64,000 nucleotides of DNA from Candidatus Eremiobacteria bacterium (lineage in GTDB: Bacteria > Vulcanimicrobiota > Vulcanimicrobiia > Vulcanimicrobiales > Vulcanimicrobiaceae): positions 768,001-832,000 of the forward strand of contig CAVTRC010000001.1 of the NCBI GenBank assembly GCA_963737065.1. Reading direction: 5' to 3'. A program made the position numbers and the translations under genes. Below, in pieces: positions 27,849-38,200 of this stretch (the first letter of the stretch is position 1; every line of letters starts with the position of its first letter). A model generated the notes under the pieces. It had not been told where the DNA came from. It worked only from the letters and a program-made list of their open reading frames with translations, and made no database searches.

Positions 27849-29238
27849 TCCGCGTGCCTCCGACCGTAATCGACGCGATCTTCACCGTCGGCATGCCGAC
27901 GCCGACCGGAACGTGCTGGCCGCCTTTTCCGCATGTGTAGTGCCCGCGCGCGAGGCGGCTATCGTTGCCGACCGCCGTCACCTTCGTCATCACGTCCGGA
28001 CCGTTTCCAACGATGGTCGCGTTTTTCACCGGTCGCGTGACCTTCCCGTTTTCGATCAGGTAGCCTTCGGCGACCATAAACACAAAGTCGCCCTTGCTGA
28101 TCTCGACTTGACCGCCGGCAAACGATTTTGCATAGAGCCCGCGAGTTGTCGATGCAATGATCTCGTCGACGCTCGACGCACCGTCCGGCATGTACGTGTT
28201 GCACATGCGCGGCTGCGGAAGAAAGCGGAACGATTGCCGGCGGCCGCTGCCCGTGGGTTGGGCACGCATCAACCGCGCGTTGAGCGTGTCTTGCATGTAC
28301 CCGCGCAACATGCCGTTTTCGACGAGCACCTTGTGCTGCCCGGGAACGCCCTCATCGTCGACGGCGATCGATCCGCGGGCGTCGGGAATGTCGCCGTCAT
28401 CGTAGATCGTCACGATATCGCTCGCAACGCGTTCTCCGACTCGTCCGCTGTAGAGCGACGTACCGCGACGATTGAAGTCGCTCTCTAAACCATGACCGAC
28501 TGCTTCGTGCAGCAAAACGCCGCCGCCGCCCGATCCAACGACCATCTCCATCTCACCGGCGGGCGCGGCTATCGCTTCGAGATTCGACGTTGCGATGCGC
28601 GCAGCGTCGCGTGCGAGCGTTTCGGGCGTGTTCCGATCGTAGAAGGCGATCGACGTGCGTCCGCCATCGCCGACGTAGCCCGATCCGCGTTCGCGATTGC
28701 TCGTCGCGACGGCTTGAATGCCGAGCGTGACCATCGGCCGGTGATCGTGAACGAAGCGTCCGTCGCTCGATGCAATCCACACGTCCTGCAACTCGTCGGT
28801 GATGTGCGCGTTGACCGAAGCGATACGCGGGTCGTACTGCCGTGCCGCAACGTCCGCGCGCGCGAGCAGCGTAACGTATTGCGTTGCGGCGGCGTGCGAC
28901 GTGCGCTCTTCATCGTATAAATGCGGCACATCAACGTCCTGCAATGCGATGCTCATCTCTTGCGCCGCAGGAAGCGTGCGCGCCACGAGCGATGCGGCGT
29001 CCGCCGCTCGCATCAGCGCGTCGATCGAAAGATCGTCAGAGTACGCATATCCGGCCGACTCTCCCAGTACGACCCGAATACCGACGCCTTGCGTAATGGA
29101 GGACGATCCCTCATGAACTTTGCCGTCCTGCAGCCGGAAGGCGTAGCTGCGCCGGCGTTCACAGAAGATGTCGGCGAAATCGCCGCCGTGGCGCAACGCG
29201 CGCATCAACAAGCGATTCAGCAGATCCCGATCGAGCAT
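27835..29238 (-). CDS. tldD: Metalloprotease TldD
   Basis: LLHEAVGHGLESDFNR, DDEG, GRRQS, PRM.NT, GGQV and CGK.GQ.VPVGVG.PT. Confidence 0.94.
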   Translation of the reverse strand: MLDRDLLNRLLMRALRHGGDFADIFCERRRSYAFRLQDGKVHEGSSSITQGVGIRVVLGESAGYAYSDDLSIDALMRAADAASLVARTLPAAQEMSIALQDVDVPHLYDEERTSHAAATQYVTLLARADVAARQYDPRIASVNAHITDELQDVWIASSDGRFVHDHRPMVTLGIQAVATSNRERGSGYVGDGGRTSIAFYDRNTPETLARDAARIATSNLEAIAAPAGEMEMVVGSGGGGVLLHEAVGHGLESDFNRRGTSLYSGRVGERVASDIVTIYDDGDIPDARGSIAVDDEGVPGQHKVLVENGMLRGYMQDTLNARLMRAQPTGSGRRQSFRFLPQPRMCNTYMPDGASSVDEIIASTTRGLYAKSFAGGQVEISKGDFVFMVAEGYLIENGKVTRPVKNATIVGNGPDVMTKVTAVGNDSRLARGHYTCGKGGQHVPVGVGMPTVKIASITVGGTRNDGA

Positions 29239-29270
29239 CCGTTTCTACGATTCCTTTAGAAGTTGCGTTG

Positions 29271-30812
29271 CTAGAATTGCGATAAGTTGTCGAGCGCATG
29301 TACGTAGGCGTCGTCGGGATCACCGGGCGAATCATTGATCATAAAGGCGAACGCGAGCCTCCCGTGGCGTCTCGTGTCCACGTACCCGGCCAGCGAATCC
29401 GCATCACTCAAGTGCCCCGTCTTCGCCCGCACACGGGCCGTCGTGAAGTGATAGTATTTGAGCGTTCCGTCACGGCCGCCGGCCGGAAGCAGCGGATAGA
29501 GTTCAGCGCCGTTGTCCCGCAACTCTGCATCACTGAGAATGCGCGCGAGCGTCAATGCCGAGATGCGGTTGGCTTCCGCTAGTCCGCTTCCGTCATATAG
29601 CCGAATTCCGGGCGTGGGAATCGAGCGTGACTGCAAAAACTCGATCTCGGCTGCGATACCATCCCGGTCGTCGGCGTCGGCGGCGATGTCCCCGCCGATT
29701 GTGCGCAGGAGCTGCTCGGCGAAGTGATTGTCGGAGACGTAGAGCATGTGCGCCACCAGCGACGGCAACGGCGCTGAGCGATGTTCCCATAAGGCGATGG
29801 AATCGAGCGGAACCGTACCGACCGACGGCGGTGATGACGTACGAATGCCGGATTGCGAGAGCATCATCTGCAATGTCGCTCCCGCATGGCGCGGAATGTC
29901 ATGAATCGGCAGCCAGAACTTCTCCTCTGCCCCAGCCGGAATCTCGCCGCTGAATGCAAACGTGTTCGCATCCTCGGGTGCAATGATGACCGAGTCAGCC
30001 CCGCTGCTCGTCGTCACGGTTCCGTACGTGTGGATGTCGCCGCTCTTCGGGATAACGACGACGCGCGCGGCGTCGCCGGGCGCCGTGCCGTAGACACGAA
30101 ACTCCTCTGTATCACCGTCGAGCGAAATACCGCTCACCGGCGTTTGAAAATCTTCGCCCGCGTCAGCGGCGCTCCAATGCGGATTGATCTCCGGTCCATG
30201 AATTGCGCTCGGATCGATCGCGGCGCCTCCGTCGATCCGCGACAGTCCGGCGCGGCGCAGTGCAGCTACGCCCGACTCTAGATCGCTGCTGCGGAACGAT
30301 GGATCACCCGAACCGACGAGCCACAGATTCCCATCGAGCACGCCGTCGGAGCCGATCGGATGATCGGCGGCAAGCAACGTGTGAAAGCGATACGCCGGCC
30401 CGAGCAGATTGAGCGCTGCATATGCGACGATCAGCTTTTGAACCGATGCAGGCGTAGCAACCGTCGAAGCACCGACTGAATAGATCGTTTCGCCGCGCGC
30501 GCCGATCACCACGAGGCTTGCACGATCGCCGGCGCCGATGGCCGGCGCAAACGTTTGCGCAAGCATCGTGTGCACGCGCGCAAGTTCAGCCGGCGACCAC
30601 GCGTTCGCGGGCGCAGCAGTAGGCACCGGCGCGGGCGTCCGGCGCATCGCAATGGTGGTCGCTCGCGGCTGATGTTCCAGCGCGGCCCGGATCAACGCGA
30701 AGGCCGCGAGAACGATGACGAGGAGCGATGCAAGCGCGAGCGTTTTGGGTTTACGAGCTCGAGATCGCGTCGATCTTGTCTTGTAGTTTGCGTTGATCTT
30801 CACGTAGGGCAT
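29271..30812 (-). CDS. dacB: D-alanyl-D-alanine carboxypeptidase/endopeptidase (PBP4, peptidase S13)
   Basis: PASVQK (SxxK), SDN, DGSGL and KTG; N-terminal TM anchor; start uncertain. Confidence 0.9.
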   Translation of the reverse strand: MPYVKINANYKTRSTRSRARKPKTLALASLLVIVLAAFALIRAALEHQPRATTIAMRRTPAPVPTAAPANAWSPAELARVHTMLAQTFAPAIGAGDRASLVVIGARGETIYSVGASTVATPASVQKLIVAYAALNLLGPAYRFHTLLAADHPIGSDGVLDGNLWLVGSGDPSFRSSDLESGVAALRRAGLSRIDGGAAIDPSAIHGPEINPHWSAADAGEDFQTPVSGISLDGDTEEFRVYGTAPGDAARVVVIPKSGDIHTYGTVTTSSGADSVIIAPEDANTFAFSGEIPAGAEEKFWLPIHDIPRHAGATLQMMLSQSGIRTSSPPSVGTVPLDSIALWEHRSAPLPSLVAHMLYVSDNHFAEQLLRTIGGDIAADADDRDGIAAEIEFLQSRSIPTPGIRLYDGSGLAEANRISALTLARILSDAELRDNGAELYPLLPAGGRDGTLKYYHFTTARVRAKTGHLSDADSLAGYVDTRRHGRLAFAFMINDSPGDPDDAYVHALDNLSQF

Positions 30813-33312
30813 CGAGGTCGGTACGCAAGGCGGTTACCTGCGCAGGCACTTTCTGCGCTTCACGGATGCGCTGTACGGCTTCAATCGCGTCACGACGCAC
30901 GCGGCCGTCGAATCCACTCGTGCCGAGTCGATCGAGCGTTCCGAGGAGACGGTTCTCGCCGAGAGATTCCGCGGCCGCAATTGCCGCAAGTTGCACGAGG
31001 AACATCGGATCGTCCAGCAATCCATCGAGCGCATCGATGATTCGCGTTCGCGCTTCGCTCACGAGTTCGCCGGCGCGCGCGAGCGCCGAGACTGCGGCGC
31101 GGCGGAGGCCTTCGTCACGGCCCAGTTTGGTTGCGTCGATGAGCGGATCGATCGCGCGTTCATCAGCGAGTTCGGCGAGGCCGCGCGCGGCACCGGCGGC
31201 AACCGTTCCGTTCCACGTTTTGTCGTTCGCTGCTTCGCGCAACACATCGAACGCGCGCGCATCGCGCGTTTTCCCGAGCGATGTCAACGCCGCCGCGCGC
31301 ACGAAGTACGATTCGTCGTGCGCAGCCAGCGGAAGCAGCGCGGTTGCCACGCCTTCCTCTCGGAAGTTGCCCAGCGCGCCGGCCGCAGCGCGTCGGACTT
31401 TCGGGTGCGAATGCGCGAGTGCGCGCACGAGAATCGAGCGCGCCCAGGGCGCACGCGTTGCACTGAGCGCGTTCGCTGTTTCTTCCAAGACGCCCCAAAA
31501 CGGTTCGCGTTCGAACGCATTCGCGAGCGCTTCCTGCGCTCGCTGGGAGCCGTCCTTCGCCAATTCGCGTGCGGCGCGGATACGAGCAACGGGACCCGGA
31601 TCCGAGGCCAGAGTAACGGCGGCGAACTCCGTCCCGAATTTGTACGTGACGCTTCCAAGCACAAACCCACCGGGATCGAAGCGCACGAGTTTCGGCTCGG
31701 CATCGAGCGGAACGGTCAGCGTCTCGTGCGCACGCGCGACGTGGACCGGAATCCTTCGTTCGCCCGGTACGGGTCCAGCGCCGAAGTGTGTCCCGATCGT
31801 TGCGGGCGGCTGCGTGCAAAACCCCATGTCAATGTCGAACCGATACGCAGGATTGTCATCGTCGATCTTCTGCTTCTGATCGATCGTCACGGTGGCTGCG
31901 CTGCGCTGCGCATCCCATGCGACGCTCACTTCGAGCTCGGGGTGGCCGCCGCGAAAGACCCATTGATCGAAGAACGCGCGCATGTTGCGTCCGGTCGTTT
32001 CTTCGATCGCGCGAATCAGGTCGATCGTTTCAACGTTTCGCCCCGCGTTCTGCTCGACATAGTGCGCGATCGACCGCCAGAATCGGCTCTCCCCGAGTTC
32101 GCCGCGCAGCATGTGCAACACCGCGCCGCCTTTCTCATACAGATGACGATCGAAAAGTTCGATCGGATCGATGTAGCGATTGCAGACGATCGGACGACGA
32201 TAGCGGTTGCCGTCCTCATCCAAGTACCGAGCAACGCAACCGAACACGTCATAGAGATATTCGTCGTATCCGAGATCTACCTCACGCCAGACGCATTCGA
32301 AATATGTCGCAAACCCTTCGTTCAGCCACGCATGCGACCAATCGCGGCACGTCAGCAGATCGCCGAACCACTGGTGCGCGAGCTCGTGCGAAACAAGCGG
32401 ATCGCTCGAGAAGTCCAGGTGCGCACGTTCATCATGCAACGTCCGGTCGGTCTGCGTCGTAGCCGACGTGTTTTCCATCCCTCCGAAGATGAACTCGCCG
32501 ACTGCAATCTGCGAATACCTCGCGTACGGATACGGGGTTTTGATGCGCTCCTCGAAGGCTTCGATCATCCGCGGTGTGTTGCCAAAGGCGCGTTCTCCGT
32601 CCGCTTCGCGTCCGGGCAAGACGTAATACCAGACCGGCACGTTTTGCGTTCCCGCGTTGCGCTGCTGAGTCTCGACAAACGGCCCGGCTACGAGCGTCAT
32701 CAAATACGTGGGATGCGCGACGTCTTGGCGATAGACGAACCGCGTGCGGTCGCCGTCGTCCACGCGCTCGACGAGTGCGCCGTTCGCAAGCGCAAACGTC
32801 CCTTTCGGGACGACGACGCTGGTCGACGTGGTTTGCTTCGAATGCGGATAGTCGAGGCACGGAAACCAATAGCGTGCGTTTTCATCCTGACTCTGCGTCC
32901 ATGCATGACGGTAGCGGTCGGGATATTCGCGCGTCGGTTCGATGAAAAATAAGCCGTGGCGCGGATTGACTGCACGATACGTTGCCGTAAACGTCGCGCG
33001 TTCGCCCGGCGCAATCGGCGGTTCGAATACGATCGCGAGCTTTCCGTCGCGCGAGTCATATCGCTGCGCTTTCCCGTCGCGCTCGACGCGCGAGATCGCA
33101 AGATCGACCGAATTGAGTTCGAGGCGCTCTACTGCTTCATCGAGCGCGCGTACGGTCGTGGTGCAGACGCCTTCGAGCGTCTTCGCTTCGAGATCCGGCT
33201 CAAGATGGAGATCGATGTGCTCGACGATGACCGTTTTATCGGGCCCATAGTGCAAGCCGGCGCCGGGGAGAGCAAATTGACGATGCCCATCCGACTCATC
33301 GCGATATTTCAT
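30751..33312 (-). CDS. pepN: M1 family aminopeptidase with C-terminal HEAT repeats and coiled-coil tail
   Basis: WFPC.D.P, GGMEN, HELAHQWFGD, WLNEGFATY and YEKG; HEAT repeats. Confidence 0.9.
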   Translation of the reverse strand: MKYRDESDGHRQFALPGAGLHYGPDKTVIVEHIDLHLEPDLEAKTLEGVCTTTVRALDEAVERLELNSVDLAISRVERDGKAQRYDSRDGKLAIVFEPPIAPGERATFTATYRAVNPRHGLFFIEPTREYPDRYRHAWTQSQDENARYWFPCLDYPHSKQTTSTSVVVPKGTFALANGALVERVDDGDRTRFVYRQDVAHPTYLMTLVAGPFVETQQRNAGTQNVPVWYYVLPGREADGERAFGNTPRMIEAFEERIKTPYPYARYSQIAVGEFIFGGMENTSATTQTDRTLHDERAHLDFSSDPLVSHELAHQWFGDLLTCRDWSHAWLNEGFATYFECVWREVDLGYDEYLYDVFGCVARYLDEDGNRYRRPIVCNRYIDPIELFDRHLYEKGGAVLHMLRGELGESRFWRSIAHYVEQNAGRNVETIDLIRAIEETTGRNMRAFFDQWVFRGGHPELEVSVAWDAQRSAATVTIDQKQKIDDDNPAYRFDIDMGFCTQPPATIGTHFGAGPVPGERRIPVHVARAHETLTVPLDAEPKLVRFDPGGFVLGSVTYKFGTEFAAVTLASDPGPVARIRAARELAKDGSQRAQEALANAFEREPFWGVLEETANALSATRAPWARSILVRALAHSHPKVRRAAAGALGNFREEGVATALLPLAAHDESYFVRAAALTSLGKTRDARAFDVLREAANDKTWNGTVAAGAARGLAELADERAIDPLIDATKLGRDEGLRRAAVSALARAGELVSEARTRIIDALDGLLDDPMFLVQLAAIAAAESLGENRLLGTLDRLGTSGFDGRVRRDAIEAVQRIREAQKVPAQVTALRTDLDALREDQRKLQDKIDAISSS

Positions 33313-33317
33313 CGAGG

Positions 33318-34067
33318 TCAGGCGTTTCGCTCGTCGGCTTCGGTCAACCCCCCGGTTATCGCAATGACTGCACCCGTAACGTAATCGCGTTCGCGCGCAA
33401 CGAAAAACCGGACGGCGTCAGCGACGTCTTCGTAACTTCCCGCTCGTCCGCGCGGAACCGGGCTCGTTATCGTCAACGCTTCAACACGATCTACATCCTT
33501 ATGTCGGATGTGACCGGGCTCGATTACGTTCACGGTGACGTTGTGCGCCGCTTCTTCGAGCGCAAGAGATCGCGCAAATGCAACGAGCGCGCTTTTCGCA
33601 GCTTGATGCAGGCTGAACCCGCGAAACGGACGCGTCTCGCTGGAGCCGTTCATTCCGAAGACGACGATGCGTCCGAACTGCGACGCTCGCATGCCGGGGA
33701 GCACGGCGCGGACAGCCAGCACCGCGCTGCGCACATTGCCGTCGAACATCTCGCGGTAGTCGTCCATCGTGAGCCGCGCGAAGCGCTTGACCACCATCGG
33801 GCCGACGCCATGGACCAGGGTGTCGAACGGACCGCACCTTTCCACCAACTCGCCGAGCGCGGCGACGATGTCGTCTTCCGGCGCGGAGAAGTCAATGCAT
33901 GCGGCCGATGGCTGCGCGCCGGCGGCTTCGATTGCGCCCAGCGTTCGATCCGGCGACGTCGTCCGATAGGTGATTGCGACGCGTTCGAATCCGTCGCGCG
34001 CGAGCGCTGCTGCGATCCCGGCCGACATGCCGCTTGCCGCACCGGTAACGAGAGCGTTACGCGACAT
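33318..34067 (-). CDS. Short-chain dehydrogenase/reductase, atypical active site
   Basis: ALVTGA, GRIV, AAK, VTVN.IEPG and YVTG...GG; YxxxK appears as HQAAK. Confidence 0.85.
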   Translation of the reverse strand: MSRNALVTGAASGMSAGIAAALARDGFERVAITYRTTSPDRTLGAIEAAGAQPSAACIDFSAPEDDIVAALGELVERCGPFDTLVHGVGPMVVKRFARLTMDDYREMFDGNVRSAVLAVRAVLPGMRASQFGRIVVFGMNGSSETRPFRGFSLHQAAKSALVAFARSLALEEAAHNVTVNVIEPGHIRHKDVDRVEALTITSPVPRGRAGSYEDVADAVRFFVARERDYVTGAVIAITGGLTEADERNA

Positions 34068-34184
34068 CGCGCATCCGGCCGTCGCGCTCGAGATGCGCTT
34101 CGGTCCGCATAGTAGAGAGGGCGGTTGACTTCACAACCGCCCTCTTCCCCCCAACCTAAGAAACAAGCCTTTTGCCGAAGCACG

Positions 34185-35240
34185 CTACATCGTGTAGGTG
34201 TAACTGCGTTCGACTGACGCGCCGTTGGGCGCGATCGATTGGATGAGCACGCGTACCTGCGAACCGCTGATGTTGTTGAGTCGGATGACGGTGCTGAACA
34301 CGCCGTTCGAATCGGCTTGAACGGTCGTTTGATACGCGCCTGTGCCGACTTGGAAGACGCCGAAGGCATTCGCTTGACCGTTGGCGACGATGCGCACGGT
34401 CGAGCCGGGCAGCGTTCGTCCCGAGACATTGAAATTGCCGCCGACATTCGTTCCCGGCGCGGGCGAAATCGCGCGAATATAGTTGCTGCCGCCGGCGCCG
34501 CCCGTCGTGAACGTCCAGCCGGTCGAGAACGATGCTCCGGCTTGCGTCGTGCCGGTCACATGCACCCGATGCGATCCCGCGGGCAGTTCGAACGACGGTG
34601 TGACATCGAATCCGTTCGCGTTGCTATACACGTCATTCGTCACGTCGCGATCGTCGATCCGTACGCGCAATGTGTTTTGCTGGACCGGCTCGGAGAAGGT
34701 TGCGTGAATCGCAGGATTGAGCGTTCCCGTGGAGGCGTTTACGCCCGGATGCTGACTCGAAAGGTAGAACGAACGATTCTGGGCCGGCGCGTTGTTCGAG
34801 CCTCCGCCACCGGTAATCGTGACCGTGCTCGTGTTGTTGTTCCAATCGACGGCTGCGCCGAGCGCTTGCGCGACGAAACGTAACGGCACGAGCGTGCGCG
34901 CGCCGACGAGGAAAGGCGCAACGTCAAGCGATTGCGGTTGTCCGTCGATCGTCGCTTGCGTCGATCCGATATGCAGAGAGATATTGCGGCCGTTGCCCGT
35001 CGCGTTGATGACGCCGTTCGCGTATACGACGCTTGCACCCAGACGTTCGAAGACGCCGCGTAGCGGAACGAAGACGCGACCCGCGCGCTCGACGGGTGGT
35101 TGATCGAACGAAACCGGTTGGCCGTTGACGATAACGCTTACGTTTGCAGCAACCGCAGGCGTCGTTGAGAAGCTAAACAGTGCGACGGGAGCCGCGAATA
35201 TCGCTGCAAGTGCGGTGCGTCGCGCAATCGTGCAGTTCAT
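34185..35240 (-). CDS. Secreted copper-amine-oxidase N-terminal (stalk) domain protein with Ig-like C-terminal domains
   Basis: Signal peptide; GRVFVPLRGVFE.LGA.V and RTLVPLRFVAQALGA.V.W repeats. Confidence 0.85.
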   Translation of the reverse strand: MNCTIARRTALAAIFAAPVALFSFSTTPAVAANVSVIVNGQPVSFDQPPVERAGRVFVPLRGVFERLGASVVYANGVINATGNGRNISLHIGSTQATIDGQPQSLDVAPFLVGARTLVPLRFVAQALGAAVDWNNNTSTVTITGGGGSNNAPAQNRSFYLSSQHPGVNASTGTLNPAIHATFSEPVQQNTLRVRIDDRDVTNDVYSNANGFDVTPSFELPAGSHRVHVTGTTQAGASFSTGWTFTTGGAGGSNYIRAISPAPGTNVGGNFNVSGRTLPGSTVRIVANGQANAFGVFQVGTGAYQTTVQADSNGVFSTVIRLNNISGSQVRVLIQSIAPNGASVERSYTYTM

Positions 35241-35287
35241 CGCTCGACGTATACCCAACCATGCAGCGGTTAATCACGACCGCGTTG

Positions 35288-38200
35288 CTATGCGTGCGCC
35301 GGAACGTTTGCCTCTTGAAGCTCCCGCTCCACCGCTTTGCGGTCGGCGCGCCGTTCGAAGAATCCCATCCAGGTGTTGTAGATCATCGGCACGAGGAACA
35401 GCGTAAGAATCAGCGAGCTCAACAGGCCGCCGATAATCACGGTACCAATCGCTTGCCGCCATTCCGACCCGGCATCGTAGCCCATCGACAGCGGGAGCAT
35501 GCCGAAAATCATCGCAGCCGTCGTCATGATGATCGGCCGGAATCGCGTCGCCGCAGCCTGCAGAACGGCATCGTGCACGCGCATGCCGCGTTTGCACAGT
35601 GTATTCGAGTAGTCGACGAGCAGAATACCGTTCTTCGCGACGAGGCCGAAGAGCATGACGATACCGAGCATTGAGATGATGTTTAGGGATTGTGCTTGAC
35701 CGCCGGGCAGCTTTCCAAGAACCGCGAGGAACGTGAGCGCACCGATGATTGCGAGCGGCACCGAAAACATGACGATCAGCGGTTCTAGGAATGATCCGTA
35801 CAGGATCACCATGAGCATGTACACGAGCATGAACGACGTGATGAGCGCAATGCCCATGTTTTGGAACGTCTCGACCATGTACTGCGAGTTGCCCTCGGGC
35901 TTGAGACCAACGCCGTCCGGCAACCAGCCCGGCTCTTTCAGCTTCCGCTCGAGCGGTCCGGAAACTTGGCCCAATGAGTACCCGGGAAGCAGATCTCCAA
36001 GCACGTTAACCACGCGTTGGCGGTTCATGCGCTCGATCTTCGTCGGCGCCGTCGTCCAATTGAACGCCGCGACACTGCTCAGCGGCACGAGCGTTCCGTC
36101 TTGCGCGCGCACGCGAACGTTCTTCAGCTGATCCACCGTCGTGCGGTCGGCTAACGGAAACTGAACGCGCACGTCCACGAGGCCCGTCGGCGTGCGGACA
36201 CGCGTGGCAACCGCGCCGTCGACCGCGATGCGCGCGACCGTTGCTGCATCGGAGGGATTGACGCCGAGCAATGCGCAACGCGCACGGTCGATATCGACAT
36301 TGAGCCGAGGCGCACCCATTTCCGCACTCGTTTGCACGTTGACCGTGCCCGGAATACTGCGCAAGTAGCGCGCGACTTCTTCAGCGGCGGGCCCGATTTG
36401 CTCGTCCGGGCCGGTGAGCGCATAGAAAATCGCAGAGCCGTTCCCCGTGTCGCCGGCGACGTTCATTTCGGCGCCGGGCACCAGATAGGCGAGCTTACGG
36501 ATTTGCGAAGACGCGCGGTCGGTTTCTTTGTAGTGCCCCTTTTGCATTTGCACGTTGAGGGTTGCGTAGTTGCCGCCGGTGACGCTGCCGTGACCCGAGC
36601 GTTTGCGTCCAACCGTCGAACTGACCGACTCGACGTTCGCGATCTTTATGATGGCGTTTTCCAGCTGCACGACGTACTTATTGGTCGTTCCAATCGGCGT
36701 GCCGGCCGGATACGTCACCGTCATGTCGATTTCGCCGTCTTGTTGCGCCGGGACGAAATCGGTGCTGACGCCGAGCCAATACATGCCGCCCGCGGCGATC
36801 GCGGGCAGAAGGAACGAAGCGACCATCGTTCCGCGCGAGGTACCGATCGAGCGGAAGAAATTCAACGGCGCAGCCAATCTCCCGAGCGGCTCGCGAGCAA
36901 CGCGGCGAAGAACGAAACCAAGCACGTGTGAGAGCAACAGCGCAACGAGAACCGCGCCGTCCACTGCGAGTGTCGCCATGTGTCCGCCCGCGATGAGCGA
37001 GAGCGCATTGGCGAAGAGCACAGCGCATACGAACACCACGAACTTACCATGACGCAGCCCAAACGGCAGCCACGTATCGCGATAGTGCTGGAGTATCGTA
37101 TCGTAACGGTGCACGAACGCGTTGAGAATCAGCGCGGCAACCACGAAGATCGCGATGACGTTGAGCGTATACAGTCCGGTCACCTGACCGATGCCGAACA
37201 AGACGACCGCCGCGGTAAAGACGATCGCGTCGAGCACACGGTTGTCCAGCGCGACGAGCCATTTTGGCTTCGCTTCCGACCGCCGGCGGACGCTCCACTT
37301 CGCTGCAAGCAGCGGCGTCAGCGTGAACGAGACGAAGAGCGAGAACAAGGTTGCAATCACGACGACCGCGCCGAACTCCTTCAGATACGCGCCTACGATG
37401 CCGGGCAAAAATGCAATCGGCAAAAACACGATGACGTCGACCATCGTAATCGCGACGGCGGCCGAGCCGATTTCCGAGCGCCCGCTGATTGCGGCGTTGA
37501 GCGGATCTTCTCCCATATCGCGGTGACGCGTGATGTTTTCCAGTACGACGATCGAGTCGTCGACCAAGATACCGATGATCAGCGAAAGAGCCATCATCGA
37601 GAGCGAGTCGATGTGAAATTGGAAGAGTCGCATGACGATGAACGTCGCAAAAATCGAGGTCGGGATCGCGAGGAACACGACGACCGCGTTGCGCCACGCG
37701 TGCAGGAAGAGCAGCATCACGAGCGCGGTGAGGAAAATACCTTGCAGCAGCGACCAGCCGACACCGGTGAGCTGCTGGGTCGTATAGTCGGCAGGAGCGT
37801 CGATTTCATGAAACCGCAGCTGCGGGAACTTCGCTTCGATCTTCTTCATCTCGTCGCGCGCAGTTTGCGTGGACTTGATTTGGTCGGCGTTGAGCGTCGG
37901 ATTAATGCTCATGTAGACGCGAGGCTCGCCGTTGAAGCTCGAGATCGTGCGCATTTCGATATGGCTGTCGGAGGCACTCGCCACGTCACCGACGTGCAAG
38001 TTCTTGTTCGACGAAAGCGGCACGGTAAGCGGAATACCGAGGATGTCGCTCGCTTCGTCGATGTACGAATGGACAGCAACGGTCGCTTCCCGAGTCGGCT
38101 GCGTCAGGATACCGCCCGGAACGTTGAGGTTATTGCTGGAAACCGCATTGAAAACGTCTTCGAGCGTAGCGTTCGTCCCGACCAATCGCGTCGGGTCGGG

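Noticed and set aside
26517..29238. TldD/TldE as part of a RiPP cluster
   Set aside because: No YcaO, cyclodehydratase or precursor peptide is nearby, and tldDE is a widespread housekeeping pair.
30991..32952. 653-aa + strand ORF (likewise 36980-38758, 54719-56263, 19125-20198 and 1161-2003)
   Set aside because: These are antisense shadows of well-supported genes in high-GC DNA, with no recognisable motifs.
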